From the NCBI GenBank assembly GCA_032718475.1, contig JAUCBJ010002525.1, positions 77 through 64,076 of the forward strand: a stretch of DNA of 64,000 nt, written 5' to 3'. Positions 12,292 to 22,831 of this stretch are shown here, in pieces. The notes beneath the pieces were generated by a model. It saw only the letters and a list, made by a program, of their open reading frames with translations. It was not told the DNA's origin and searched no databases. This DNA comes from Nemertoderma westbladi (lineage: Eukaryota > Animalia > Xenacoelomorpha). Position 1 is the first letter of the stretch. The number at the start of each line of letters is the position of its first letter. The translations under genes and the position numbers were made by a program.

Positions 12292-12973
12292 GGGTGACAG
12301 ACCGAACGTAATCAGGATCGAATGTAACATAGGTAGTTTTTATGAATCGAACGTAACCTCAATTATGTTACATTGGATCCTATAACTATGTTACATTCGA
12401 TCTACAAATTACTAAGCTCGAATGTAACATACATTTATTTCAGTTGTGTTTTGATTTCAGGAGTTAACCGATGAAATGCTTCGTTTATTTACAGGAAGAA
12501 ACAGTTTGGTGTTGGTGAGTACAAAACAAAGACCCAATTAAGTAACCTGCATAATCTTGTAACATGTGTTAACTTTCGTTTATTGTTTTGGTTCCCCCAA
12601 CACGCCTCTGTGACCTGCTCCTTTCAGCCTTTAATTAAAAGTAACCTGCATAATCTTGTAACATGTGTTAACTTTCGTTTATTGTTTTGGTTCCCCCAAC
12701 ACGCCTCTGTGACCTGCTCCTTTCAGCCTTTAATTAAAAGTAACCTGCATAATCTTGTAACATGTGTTAACTTTTGTTTATTGTTTTGGTTCCCCCAACA
12801 CGCCTCTGTAACCTGCTCCTTTAAATCTGTAAATGGCAATGTTATATTCGAGCTTAGTAATTTGTAGATCGAATGTAACATAGTTATAGGATCCAATGTA
12901 ACATAATTGCGGTTACGTTCGATACGTAATAACTATGTTACATTCGATCCTGATTACGTTCGGTCATGTATCC
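12292..12973. mobile_element. Non-autonomous Mutator-like (MULE) element / MITE
   Basis: Imperfect TIRs of about 135 bp with GG...CC termini and a 9-bp TSD tacagcggg (12283-12291 and 12974-12982). Confidence 0.88.
12541..12822. repeat. 99-bp tandem repeat, about 2.8 copies, inside the MITE
   Basis: Repeated agtaacctgcataatcttgtaacatg...acctgctcctt. A related reverse-complement copy lies near 54285-54340. Confidence 0.92.
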
Positions 12974-15354
12974 TACAGCGGGTAACCTATAATCTACAAA
13001 GTAGATAGTCGTACGTAATAAATAGTCGTACGTAGGCCTATATTACCAGACTACCAAAGTGATACATCTATTATTTGCGTCTACATTTAAAACAACAGTA
13101 CTTCGCATTTGTTTCACGAAATTTACATTAGGAGTTAAATAATACTAACTGGGTACATCAGTGCTTCTGGTTAATGTAGATATGCCACGGTCACATCCAC
13201 ATGTCTGCTAGTAACGAACAATTTAATTACAGCTATCATTTATTTATTTTAGTTGCTAGGCTACATACAGACAGATTATACAAACATGACTGTTCCTGTA
13301 GAGATTGTTCATCCCATTCAAGTAGATGATTACCAGATGCTATCTATATAGAGCGAATAATGATTGACTAAATTGTATAACTAAACTTCGGGACGGCCTA
13401 ATAACGTAATATATTTATATCATTAGAAAGCTTGCCTTGCAAGGATTCGAAAAAAATGTCTGAATTTCATATTGCAAAAATTATCGTTGAAAGGAGGCCA
13501 TTTGTACTAATAACCAAGGTTAGAGAAGGGCTGAATCTAACCAAAACATTAAACTTATTAGTATCTGTACAGTACATTGTACCGGTAAAGTACTATAAAA
13601 TACAGTACATTGTGTATTTATTAAATAGAATAAATGGCCTACAGCGAACGATAATTCTTGGAATCTTATTTGAACGCCTTTATCTCAGCTATTTCTACAC
13701 GAAATTCAGACATTGTAAAACGCTTATAAATTAAAGGCAAAATTCCGGCATCGTGGGGAAATGGAAGGTGCGGTGGATTGAACTAGTTGTGTTTTAAATG
13801 TTAAGCAATATGATAAAGATTTGTAGAAAAATGTTTTTTTTTGTTGAGGGGGGCAGTGGTGTGCCGGGGGGGGGGGGGGGGGGGGGTCGGGGGGGGTCTA
13901 TTTCCACCGGGCGAAAAAAATGGGGGGCGAAAAAATGTAAATCAGACAGACACTAGTTGATGGATTTTAGGGGGCGATTTAGCTATCGTCACCAGCTTTG
14001 GAGCTGGACACACATTAACCAAACCCAAAAATTGTTTTATTTTAATAATTGAAAATAGAAATAACTTTAATTTATTAGTCCTGTTTTATTTTGGTGTGCA
14101 AAAATATGGCTAGAATTGACAGTCAGTGTATAGAAGTCAGTACAGGTCTTGTACCCGTAGATCACTAAAATGGGTGGCTATGAGCAGGGCCGGTTTAATG
14201 ACTTGGCGACCCGGGTGCACTGATCCATAGCCCCCAACCCCCCCCCCCCCCCCCCCCCCGCCCAGTATTTATATTTTGCATTTTTCAACATAATAAAATG
14301 AACTAAATAAGTATAACTTATAATTTTTTTCCCCATGTAATACGAAATTATTTTCTGAAATAGGTACTTTTTCGTTGCTTAACCCTATTTGACCCGGGGT
14401 GAGGATGGGGGGGGGGGGGGGGGGGGGTCCTTTTATACAATTTTTGTAGTTAATATGTATTATTGAGTCAGATTTGATGTAAAACCGAGATTTCGTGACT
14501 TTTCCTAAAATTTATTAGGCTATCCAACAGCGAAAACGCCGTTTACATGGCTATGTTAGTTTTCGTGTTGTGGTCCCTTTCTGACACACATCTCCAGTAT
14601 TTTTCGTGCTAAAATTTTCCAAAGTTTTTATAGTTCACTAAAATTAATCTATTTGCGGTATATATCTGTTTTTGGATGCTGATCACGTTTATAGAACTCA
14701 AATAAAACATTCGAGAAAATTATTGGTAATTTTAAAAGTGCGGGGCCCTGGGGCATGAAAAACAAGTAGTGGAAATATGATAATGAAAAATCACTCGAAT
14801 TCAAATTGATTTTATGACCATTTGTTTTTAGGATGCTGATCACGAATATGACACTGAATAATATTGTACCATGACCTACTATAATACGACCTGGTATGCT
14901 GCAGCAGCCCACTAAATTTAGTGGGCCTACTTGTTTCTACTTGTAAATCGATTATAATTTTGTAAATTATACTCCCCATGTGCTTTTTATAAATTGGTGA
15001 TATTCATAAACTTGTTAATTAATAAAAAAACAAGTAGCACAGCTCAGATTGCAAACAAAAAATCTTAAAAACGTGTTAACCTAAGCAAAATATAAAAAGT
15101 GAAAATGTAAAGAAAAGGAGGTGAATTATATTAATATTATCACGTTCTTTATATATTTTATTTTGACTTATTACATTATATTATTATTGCGATCTGTATA
15201 TATTTTATGTTAACTTATTACTTTATATTATTATTGTCTACTTTATATTATTCTAACTTTCTTTATATTTTATGTTAACTTATTACTTTATTATTTTATT
15301 AGGATTGCCAACCCAATATTCCCCAGTGTGAAAACACATCAATGGCCCCGATAA

Positions 15355-16194
15355 GGGCTCTTTATTAATTAAATAGATAGAGTAACAATCCTGAAACTTA
15401 AACGTAAACCAGAAAATTGTGTGACTCCCCTGTAGAGAAATATCTCAGTTTTAAAGAGTCTCTCTGGGCTCGGACTCAACGTGTGACCCCCCTGTAGTGA
15501 AAAATCTCAGTTTTAAAGAGTCTCTCTGGGCTCGGACTCAACGTGTGACCCCCCCCCCCCCCCCCCCCTGTAGAGAAATATCTCAGTTTAAAGAGTCTCT
15601 CTGGGCTCGGACTCAATGTGTGACCCCCCTGTAGAGAAATATCTCAGTTTTAAAGAGTCTCTCTGGGCTCGGACTCATCGTGTGACCCCCCTGTAGTGAA
15701 AAATCTCAGTTTTAAAGAGTCTCTCTGGGCTCGGACTCAACAGCAAACTGTAACAGCAAACGCATTTCGAGTTTGTTGCGAAAACATGTGTGTCGAGGTA
15801 GTGTTGTCGCGTAGCCATTCGGATAGTTGGTGGAGGAACTCCGGTTTTCCATTGCTCTTTATTAATTAAATAGATAAGAGTAACAATCCTGAAAATTAAA
15901 CGTAAACCAGAAAATTAATTGTGTGACTCCCCTGTAGAGAAATATCTCAGTTTTAAAGAGTCTCTCTGGGCTCGGACTCAACGTGTGACCCCCCTGTAGA
16001 GAAATATCTCAGTTTTAAAGAGTCTCTCTGGGCTCGGACTCAACGTGTGACCCCCCCCCCCCCCCCCCCCCTGTAGAGAATTATCTCAGTTTTAAAGAGT
16101 CTCTCTGGGCTCGGACTCAACGTGTGACCCCCCTGTAGAGAAATATCTCAGTTTTAAAGAGTCTCTCTGGGCTCGGACTCAACGTGTGACCCCC
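15355..16194. repeat. Two duplicated blocks of a 62-bp tandem repeat with variable poly-C
   Basis: Unit gtgtgacccccctgtagagaaatatctcagttttaaagagtctctctgggctcggactcaac. Each block is preceded by the same leader of about 65 bp. Confidence 0.92.
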
Positions 16195-17381
16195 TACACT
16201 CTGACTCTTACTCTGACTGTGACTCTACATGTCTCAATCCCCGTCTTAATAACCTCTTTATTGGCAGTAACCACCGGAACAGCGTGAATAATAACTGGGA
16301 TCGACTGTTTCATTGACGACACCATATAACACATAAGTCCAGTGTAAAGTTTGTCCGAATCAGAATCTTTCCCGTATAAATGTCCGTCGCTATACATTTC
16401 CTGCTGTTGCAATATAATCTCATCCACGATCAACACAACATCGTTAGAGATCTTTCCCGAGGTTCTGAGAGCAGTTAATGCAGCCATCGAGTCTACGTTT
16501 CCAGATGTAATACTTCGGAGAAGTCTCAGCGAAGGAAGAGGGACTTGAGTTGCGAGTATCTTATACGCATTAACCGAGGTGTACCGGAGCAGCAATGCGA
16601 ATCTGATCTGCTCAGCCGTGTACTTTGGGCGACCTTTAGGTTTGGACAACTTTAAGGCCAACAGACTCCGAATAACTGAGTCAGATTCATCCTTATTAGT
16701 TCGGCAGTAATTGAGTAGTTCGGAAATAACAGTTGTTGATGTTATTATACAGTTATGAGTTGCTCGCAACCATGATGGTAGTGGAAGAGGGACACCCTCA
16801 TAGGAAAGGTGAACATAAAGGTCGTCATCAATAGTGAGACATTCGTGTACTGAAGGAATGCCTAAACTAAAGATCAACCTAAAGATCGACACGGAATTCT
16901 CATTGACTTTTACCTCGTACTCCTCAAACTCAATCGACGCCTCTAAATACAACCGGATATCCGTAAGAGACAAAACTCGAGTTCTCTTACTGAACTCTTC
17001 CATCTCATCCCGCTGATACACTCGTTTCAAGGGTTTTTTGCGTGACGGAGTTACTTGTTTTACAGAGGATACAGGGATACAGGCCGGGTATAACGAAGGA
17101 AACGCACCGGATTTTAGCGTTAAACGTTGGGCATTCCTGTTGATCCATTGATCCTCAAAATGTAAAATACACACCTTGGAGTGATCAGATGGGGCCCATG
17201 ATGGCGATGTCACTGTGGCAGACGATGTCGTTGTACTGGCTCTATTCGACATAAACTGGATCCACCGGCACCGCACATCGGGTTGTTTCGGGAAACTAAA
17301 CATTGCGGGAGTTCCAGTTCCTGGCGAAGCTTCTGACGAATATCCCGACCTACACCCAACTACGCAACACTTTCCAACCAT
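16194..17381 (-). CDS. P-element (THAP9-like) transposase, 3'-truncated
   Basis: THAP finger (CCVVGC...W...VCILHF...AFPSL), HTH-like RYTSVNAYKIL...LPSLRLL and catalytic IVDEI. The ORF runs into low-complexity DNA and the 62-bp array. Confidence 0.85.
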   Translation of the reverse strand: MVGKCCVVGCRSGYSSEASPGTGTPAMFSFPKQPDVRCRWIQFMSNRASTTTSSATVTSPSWAPSDHSKVCILHFEDQWINRNAQRLTLKSGAFPSLYPACIPVSSVKQVTPSRKKPLKRVYQRDEMEEFSKRTRVLSLTDIRLYLEASIEFEEYEVKVNENSVSIFRLIFSLGIPSVHECLTIDDDLYVHLSYEGVPLPLPSWLRATHNCIITSTTVISELLNYCRTNKDESDSVIRSLLALKLSKPKGRPKYTAEQIRFALLLRYTSVNAYKILATQVPLPSLRLLRSITSGNVDSMAALTALRTSGKISNDVVLIVDEIILQQQEMYSDGHLYGKDSDSDKLYTGLMCYMVSSMKQSIPVIIHAVPVVTANKEVIKTGIETCRVTVRVRVRV

Positions 17382-18257
17382 TATATATTTAGTTAAATAC
17401 AGCAATATTAATTTAGCCTACTGGTAGTGTAATCAGGTAGGCCTATAATAGAAGCCTAGCCTATAACAAACAGACAAAGAGGCAAAAACGGACGGACTGA
17501 CGGTGGACGGAGTGTATTTGTCGCCCAACTGATGCCAAACTGGTCTGTAGATATAGTAGGCTAGGCAGGTAGGTACGGCTGTACGGGCCCTGTTGAAAAG
17601 TTTTATTTCCTGCGCCGAACGCGGCGCCTGGTGCAAAAAATCTTGCGCCGGATCAGTGCGAAGCCACGCCAGGTGGGGGTGGCCCGGCAGCCGGTGCACA
17701 AAATCCTGCGCCGGCTCTGTGAAATGCTCAGCCAGGCTGCCAGGTGTAAAAAAAGTATTAATAATTAGGCCTACCGATAATACAGTAATAATACAATAGG
17801 CAGATACCGGTAGGCCCTAATACAGTAGGCCTAATAAAAATATTTCGACGCCGGCCACCGGCTGCATCGACAGGCCGAGTGCAGCATCTCTATTACAGTA
17901 TTATTGCATTATGGCCAATAGAGCATATTATTGCAAATTATGCAATAATAACACTACACAGAAATAATACAGTAATACATAATAGACTACAGGCAACAGG
18001 ACGGGTATATCTTTTGCGTAGAGGTATAGCCTACATAGAGGCTTCATGTAGGTATGTGTAGCCTACATGTAGATGCACGTGTAGGGTGAATGTAGGTAGG
18101 TGTAGTCCCATAGATATTAATGTAATTTATGTGTCAACTTGCAGTAACGTGATACACGGTCGTCAATCAGGATGTATGGCAATAATCTCTGATCTCCACG
18201 GTACAATACGGTACATCAACATGCAGACCTGTCTGCTGTCAGACAACAGGTTTTACT

Positions 18258-20854
18258 CAAGGACTGCTATACTACAGGACTGGCACACTGAATATCCAGA
18301 CCCCGCTAGCGGGGTCCATTAGTTCCCTTCTAATATGGCTCCGAAATAGATGCAAATTTGTTAAATTTTCAATTTTCTCTCACAGATAAATTGTTATTTA
18401 TTCTTCTTATGTGTTTATGACGAACCTAGCTACCTCAAACCTGCCTCGCTGCCTGCTTTAACGTTTGAGGCTGATATAATTATTGCTAAGCCAGTGATAG
18501 TCCATATACAATAATACTGTATGGTAGTAATCGTGCTCGTGTACTATGCATAATAAATTCAGACACCACCGGCACCGCCCACTACTCTCGCCACCAGCCC
18601 AGCCTAATACATTAATTAAACATCTTAGTGGGGCGAGCCACGTAGTAGTTGAAGCTTTACTGTACAGATTTCATAATGTTGACATTCTTGTGATCTGCAA
18701 TTTAAGATTATAAATTTTAACACGCAAAATGAATATTAAATAACGATTAGAAAATGTATTTATTTCCAGCAGCTGCTATTTCAATCTGCAATGGTTTTCA
18801 TATGTATAAATTGCCGGCAGTGTAGGTAGACACACTCGATTCAAAATAACAACAGCAATTGGCCCTTAAAAGGGGCATTTGGGTTGAGTTGTATTACAGT
18901 ATGTGACATATGTCTGTAGGCATATTGAATTATCAAAATTAATTACAATTAAATTAATAGATAGTCGAATAGTCAATCTTCACTACAGAAGATTAATGTC
19001 CTTTATCCAGACCGGTAATGCGGAGAAATTTCCTGTTGGTTCCGTGACCTTCGGAAGATCGCTTTTCAGAGCACATCATGCTGGAGCGTTTCTGCATTCC
19101 GTTTAACAGTGTGTTCGCAAGGGTGGTACATGCAACTGCGGGGGGTGCTGGTATTATATCGTACTGTACAGCGATGGTTTTGACCACCTGCGCTAATTGA
19201 CGGTAGCATAGTATGGTTCCATCAGGTACCGAATCTACCCATGTCGCTGACACCATTACCCACCAAACCAACTCATGTGATGGCAGCTGTAATCCACCCC
19301 TAGATAGCCGCCATGTTTGTGGAAAGAGGTAATTGCTTCCTTGATACACGTATGGGCAAATAGGGATGTCATGGAATGAACTGGAATCATCTGCACCATC
19401 ACTGAAGGTCCCCCGTATAAAATCTTAACCATCAAGCAGAGGACTGAGTTGGCCAACTCCGATGGGTCATCCTTAGCATAGCCAAACACTCCATGTCCTT
19501 GATACAATAGTTTGGGAACCACCTTTACTTCGTCTGTTATAAGAATCGCCTTTGGGGATTCGGCAGCAGGCGTACCAGCTGGTAAGCTGTTCTTTGCTTT
19601 ACGAATGGCCATTTCTATGAGCAAATCACTGGTGACTCCCTGTTTTAGCGATCTTATCTTCTTTTCGCATGGAAGAATAGCAATCTGCCGCAGTATACTA
19701 TATGGCAGACGCGGGTAGCCCTGAACAGCCAGTAGATAATCCGACTGTGAGTAACACTTTGAACCGCTACAAGGCAGCTGCAACTGATGGGATATAAACT
19801 CCAGCTGGGTTTTGTATTTATAATCAGAACTGGAGGCGATAGCGTCATCAATCAACTCTCGGGCTTTCAGCAGCAAGTTCTCGGTCGTTCCTACCACGCT
19901 TCGTTTAACTGTGACAATAACTTCCAACAGCTAGGACCAGCGAATGAGCTGCGCATTAGGAGCGAGGCAATAGTTAAGCGATATACGTTTGTTAGTAGGA
20001 TTAAACGCAGTAACATAGATATCACTGCAGAGAAGCTGCCTCGTTTCAATACATATTTTGCCAGCGTAGGAATCGCTGACAAAAACATACAGCATAATGA
20101 AATCAGCAGTTATCTTAACAAATATATCGACGGATTCAACATGAACATCGTTGCGAATCCACGTTTCGACATCGCCACGGAAGATATCGAACCCGCCAAT
20201 TCCCGGCGGTTTAGCGATTGAACCTGTCGCTCTTCGATCGGTGGCTCCGCTCGTAACTTCCCTGGTGGCGGAGGAACACAGGATGCTGGAACCCCAGGAA
20301 AGAAGAATGGCAGGATAGTCGGCCGCAACGCTCCTCCGGGAACCTTCCGATGAGGGATATCCTGCGGGAATCCTGGCCAATGTCGGATACAAATAACAGC
20401 ATCGGCGCTATACTTTATGGGCGATCCATCAGGAGCAGACCGCTTTGGAAGAGTAGCAATCCATTGCTGACGTTCCACGCCGAATGGGAGCTTGAAAGTT
20501 CGTACAGTTCTTCCCTCGTAGTTGTCATTGCATCCATACACACAACAGTGTTTCCCCATTCCAGTTTATAACCCGAATAATCTGATATTACTGTGATGTG
20601 TGTTAAAACTACTGTAGCTACCGGTACTAAGCTGCAGCCTGTCAGCCTGTAGTTATGTTAAACCTTTTTAAACATTACTAAATAATAATACATAAATATA
20701 AATCCACTGATTTAATAAAGTACATACCGGTAAGTAATTGGGTTGATTACACAGTTGTACAGCCAGACAGCAGTACTGGAATTCTGCAACTAATGGACCC
20801 CGCTAGCGGGGTCTGGATATTCAGTGTGCCAGTCCTGTAGTATAGCAGTCCTTG
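18258..20854 (-). mobile_element. Internally deleted P element
   Basis: Perfect 67-bp TIRs beginning CAAGGACTGC, 8-bp TSD gttttact (18250-18257 and 20855-20862) and THAP/P-transposase remnants inside. Confidence 0.93.
18993..20559 (-). pseudogene. Disrupted P transposase: THAP ORF, frameshift, stop codon and internal deletion
   Basis: MGKHCCVYGC...W...ICIRHW THAP; frameshift near 20.2 kb; in-frame TAG at 19931-19933; catalytic ITDEV; then a jump near 19305 to the C-terminal SRGGL motif. Confidence 0.85.
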
Positions 20855-22701
20855 GTTTTACTGCATACTGCAGTACTGTATAAATATCAAACATCGCGTT
20901 CTGATTATACTAAAGTCCCTTACTCGTCATAAATATTATGCCCTAATAAATTTGAGTATGCTAACGCCACGAAAGGCATCGTTCCATTAGATTAACTCGT
21001 TCTGATTTATATGTTTATTGAGTAAGAGTAACCTAAACAATAACAGCCATCATCGCGGGGATTATAGTCTGCCAGAAACCCTGACCCCCCTCTGCCCATC
21101 TTTATCTGTTTATCAACCATACATCCATGGGACTTGAACAGTACTTCAGCATTGAAATGTTTTGGACGTTTTGTTTTGAAAGTAAAAATATAGAAGTCTG
21201 GAAGTTTTGTTTGTTTTAATTTTTCAGGCAGTCACATTCCACCAACCAGCAACAGTCCCATCCCTTCCCACTATCCCGCGGACCACCACACTGTTTCATT
21301 ATAAAGTATTCCCATCTCGATGATGGGAATTAATCAGTAATCCGATGGGATTCAAATCCCATCTCGAAGTAACAGCAAAACAATAACACGAAAGTCAATA
21401 GCTTTACAGTTATATTTGATTGCATTGAAAGTTAATAGAAAGAAGAAGTTAAATTGCATATCCATTAAAATATCATGAAATTGATACGGCAGTTTAGTAG
21501 ATTAAAACGGCCACAGCAAGATTTATAAAATGAAAAATAAGTAAAATCAGCACACAATATTATCAATATAGACATTGAAGACAATTTAATAAACAAATAC
21601 TATAAAAAAATATCTACTAACAATCAATACATGATATATATAATATATATAATATACATCAGCGACTACCATCGCCACTCTGGTTCAATCAGTCAGTCCG
21701 GTATCATTGTTAGCGTTTTGTTGAATTACCCACTCATCCTCAGACCCTCATGGACACCGACGACGAGCTAACCCTAACCGTTAGTCGATTCCTCCTTGAC
21801 TGGAAACATCAGGTTCGGGCCGTTCGGCCCATACAAAGTCATTAGCCTCCATGCCTGAACCCGCAGGATCATAAGATCTACAGTATGTATCGGTATATCG
21901 TTCAGTCGTTTTTTCCTTTGTCAGTACTGTAGTATTGATAGGCTCCGTCTCGTGGGTATTCAGGGGACCCCCATTCGACGTATTCGCATCTCCTCCTGGT
22001 TGTTTCGGGTACCACCGCCCGCCATATGCGCATCTCTTCGTGGTTGTTCCGGGTAGGCTACCACCCCCGTTCGCCGCATTCGCATCTCATCGAGGAAGTT
22101 CGGGTCCGGGTACCCCGTGTAGGCCTATTCATTCATCATTGTTGTTTTTAAAGACCTACCTACACCTACCTACATTCACCCTACACGTGCATCTACATGT
22201 AGGCTACACATACCTACATGTAGCCTCTATGTAGGCTATACCTCTACGCAAAAGATATACCCCAACAGGACCGAGGATATCAGATACCGGTAACTACTGA
22301 ACTAACTGACTAACAGTGAGTGACAGTACAGTTGTAGGCATAAAACATAATAAAGGACAGACAAGCGACAGCGTAGAGAACTCCTGATTTCTCTTTAATT
22401 AATTTCTTTATTTAACTAAGTTATTAGAAGCTTCTTGTAGGAAGTAATTAAGAAACAACCATTATTTATAAAGAGTGTTAGAATATCATAAACTGTTAGT
22501 CTGCCGGACTCGGTTTCTTACATTTTGAGAGAGATATAAGGTGGAGGGAAATTCAAACTTACTTTTAGTTAGAGGTAGCACTGTGTGACATACCGGCACT
22601 GCTGCACTGCAGCAATACTGCAATAGGTCTAGTGCATTTATTGACAGGCCTAAATCGTGTATACATTATACAATGATATGTTAGAATATCCTATCTTAAC
22701 A

Positions 22702-22710
22702 TGGCGCAGT
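22702..22710 (+). other. Primer-binding site, tRNA-Ser type
   Basis: TGGCGCAGT directly follows the 5' LTR and resembles the tRNA-Ser PBS of insect Gypsy elements. Only about 9 nt match. Confidence 0.6.
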
Positions 22711-22831
22711 GTGTACTCCAACCTACACTGGAGTAAAATAATTCCCAGTGGCAGAATATAACCGAATACAGGAATATAGATCCCTAATCCATCCATCTTA
22801 TCCGGAATTTTGAAAATAACTTGCCCTTACA

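Larger units (their letters stand above)
18003..22262. mobile_element. Non-autonomous Mutator-like element carrying a nested P element
   Basis: TIRs of about 103 bp beginning GGGTATATCTTTTGCGTAG and a 9-bp TSD caacaggac (17994-18002 and 22263-22271). Confidence 0.9.

Noticed and set aside
12583-12867. 94-aa ORF with 33-aa repeats
   Set aside because: It arises from the 99-bp repeat inside a MITE and has no ATG start.
13860-14430. Long poly-G/C tracts as a dedicated G4 system
   Set aside because: They recur at MITE-like ends across the window, and homopolymer lengths are error-prone.
17588-17760. Possible CMC left end (CCCTGTTGAAA with gcgccg repeats)
   Set aside because: No matching right end was found in the window.
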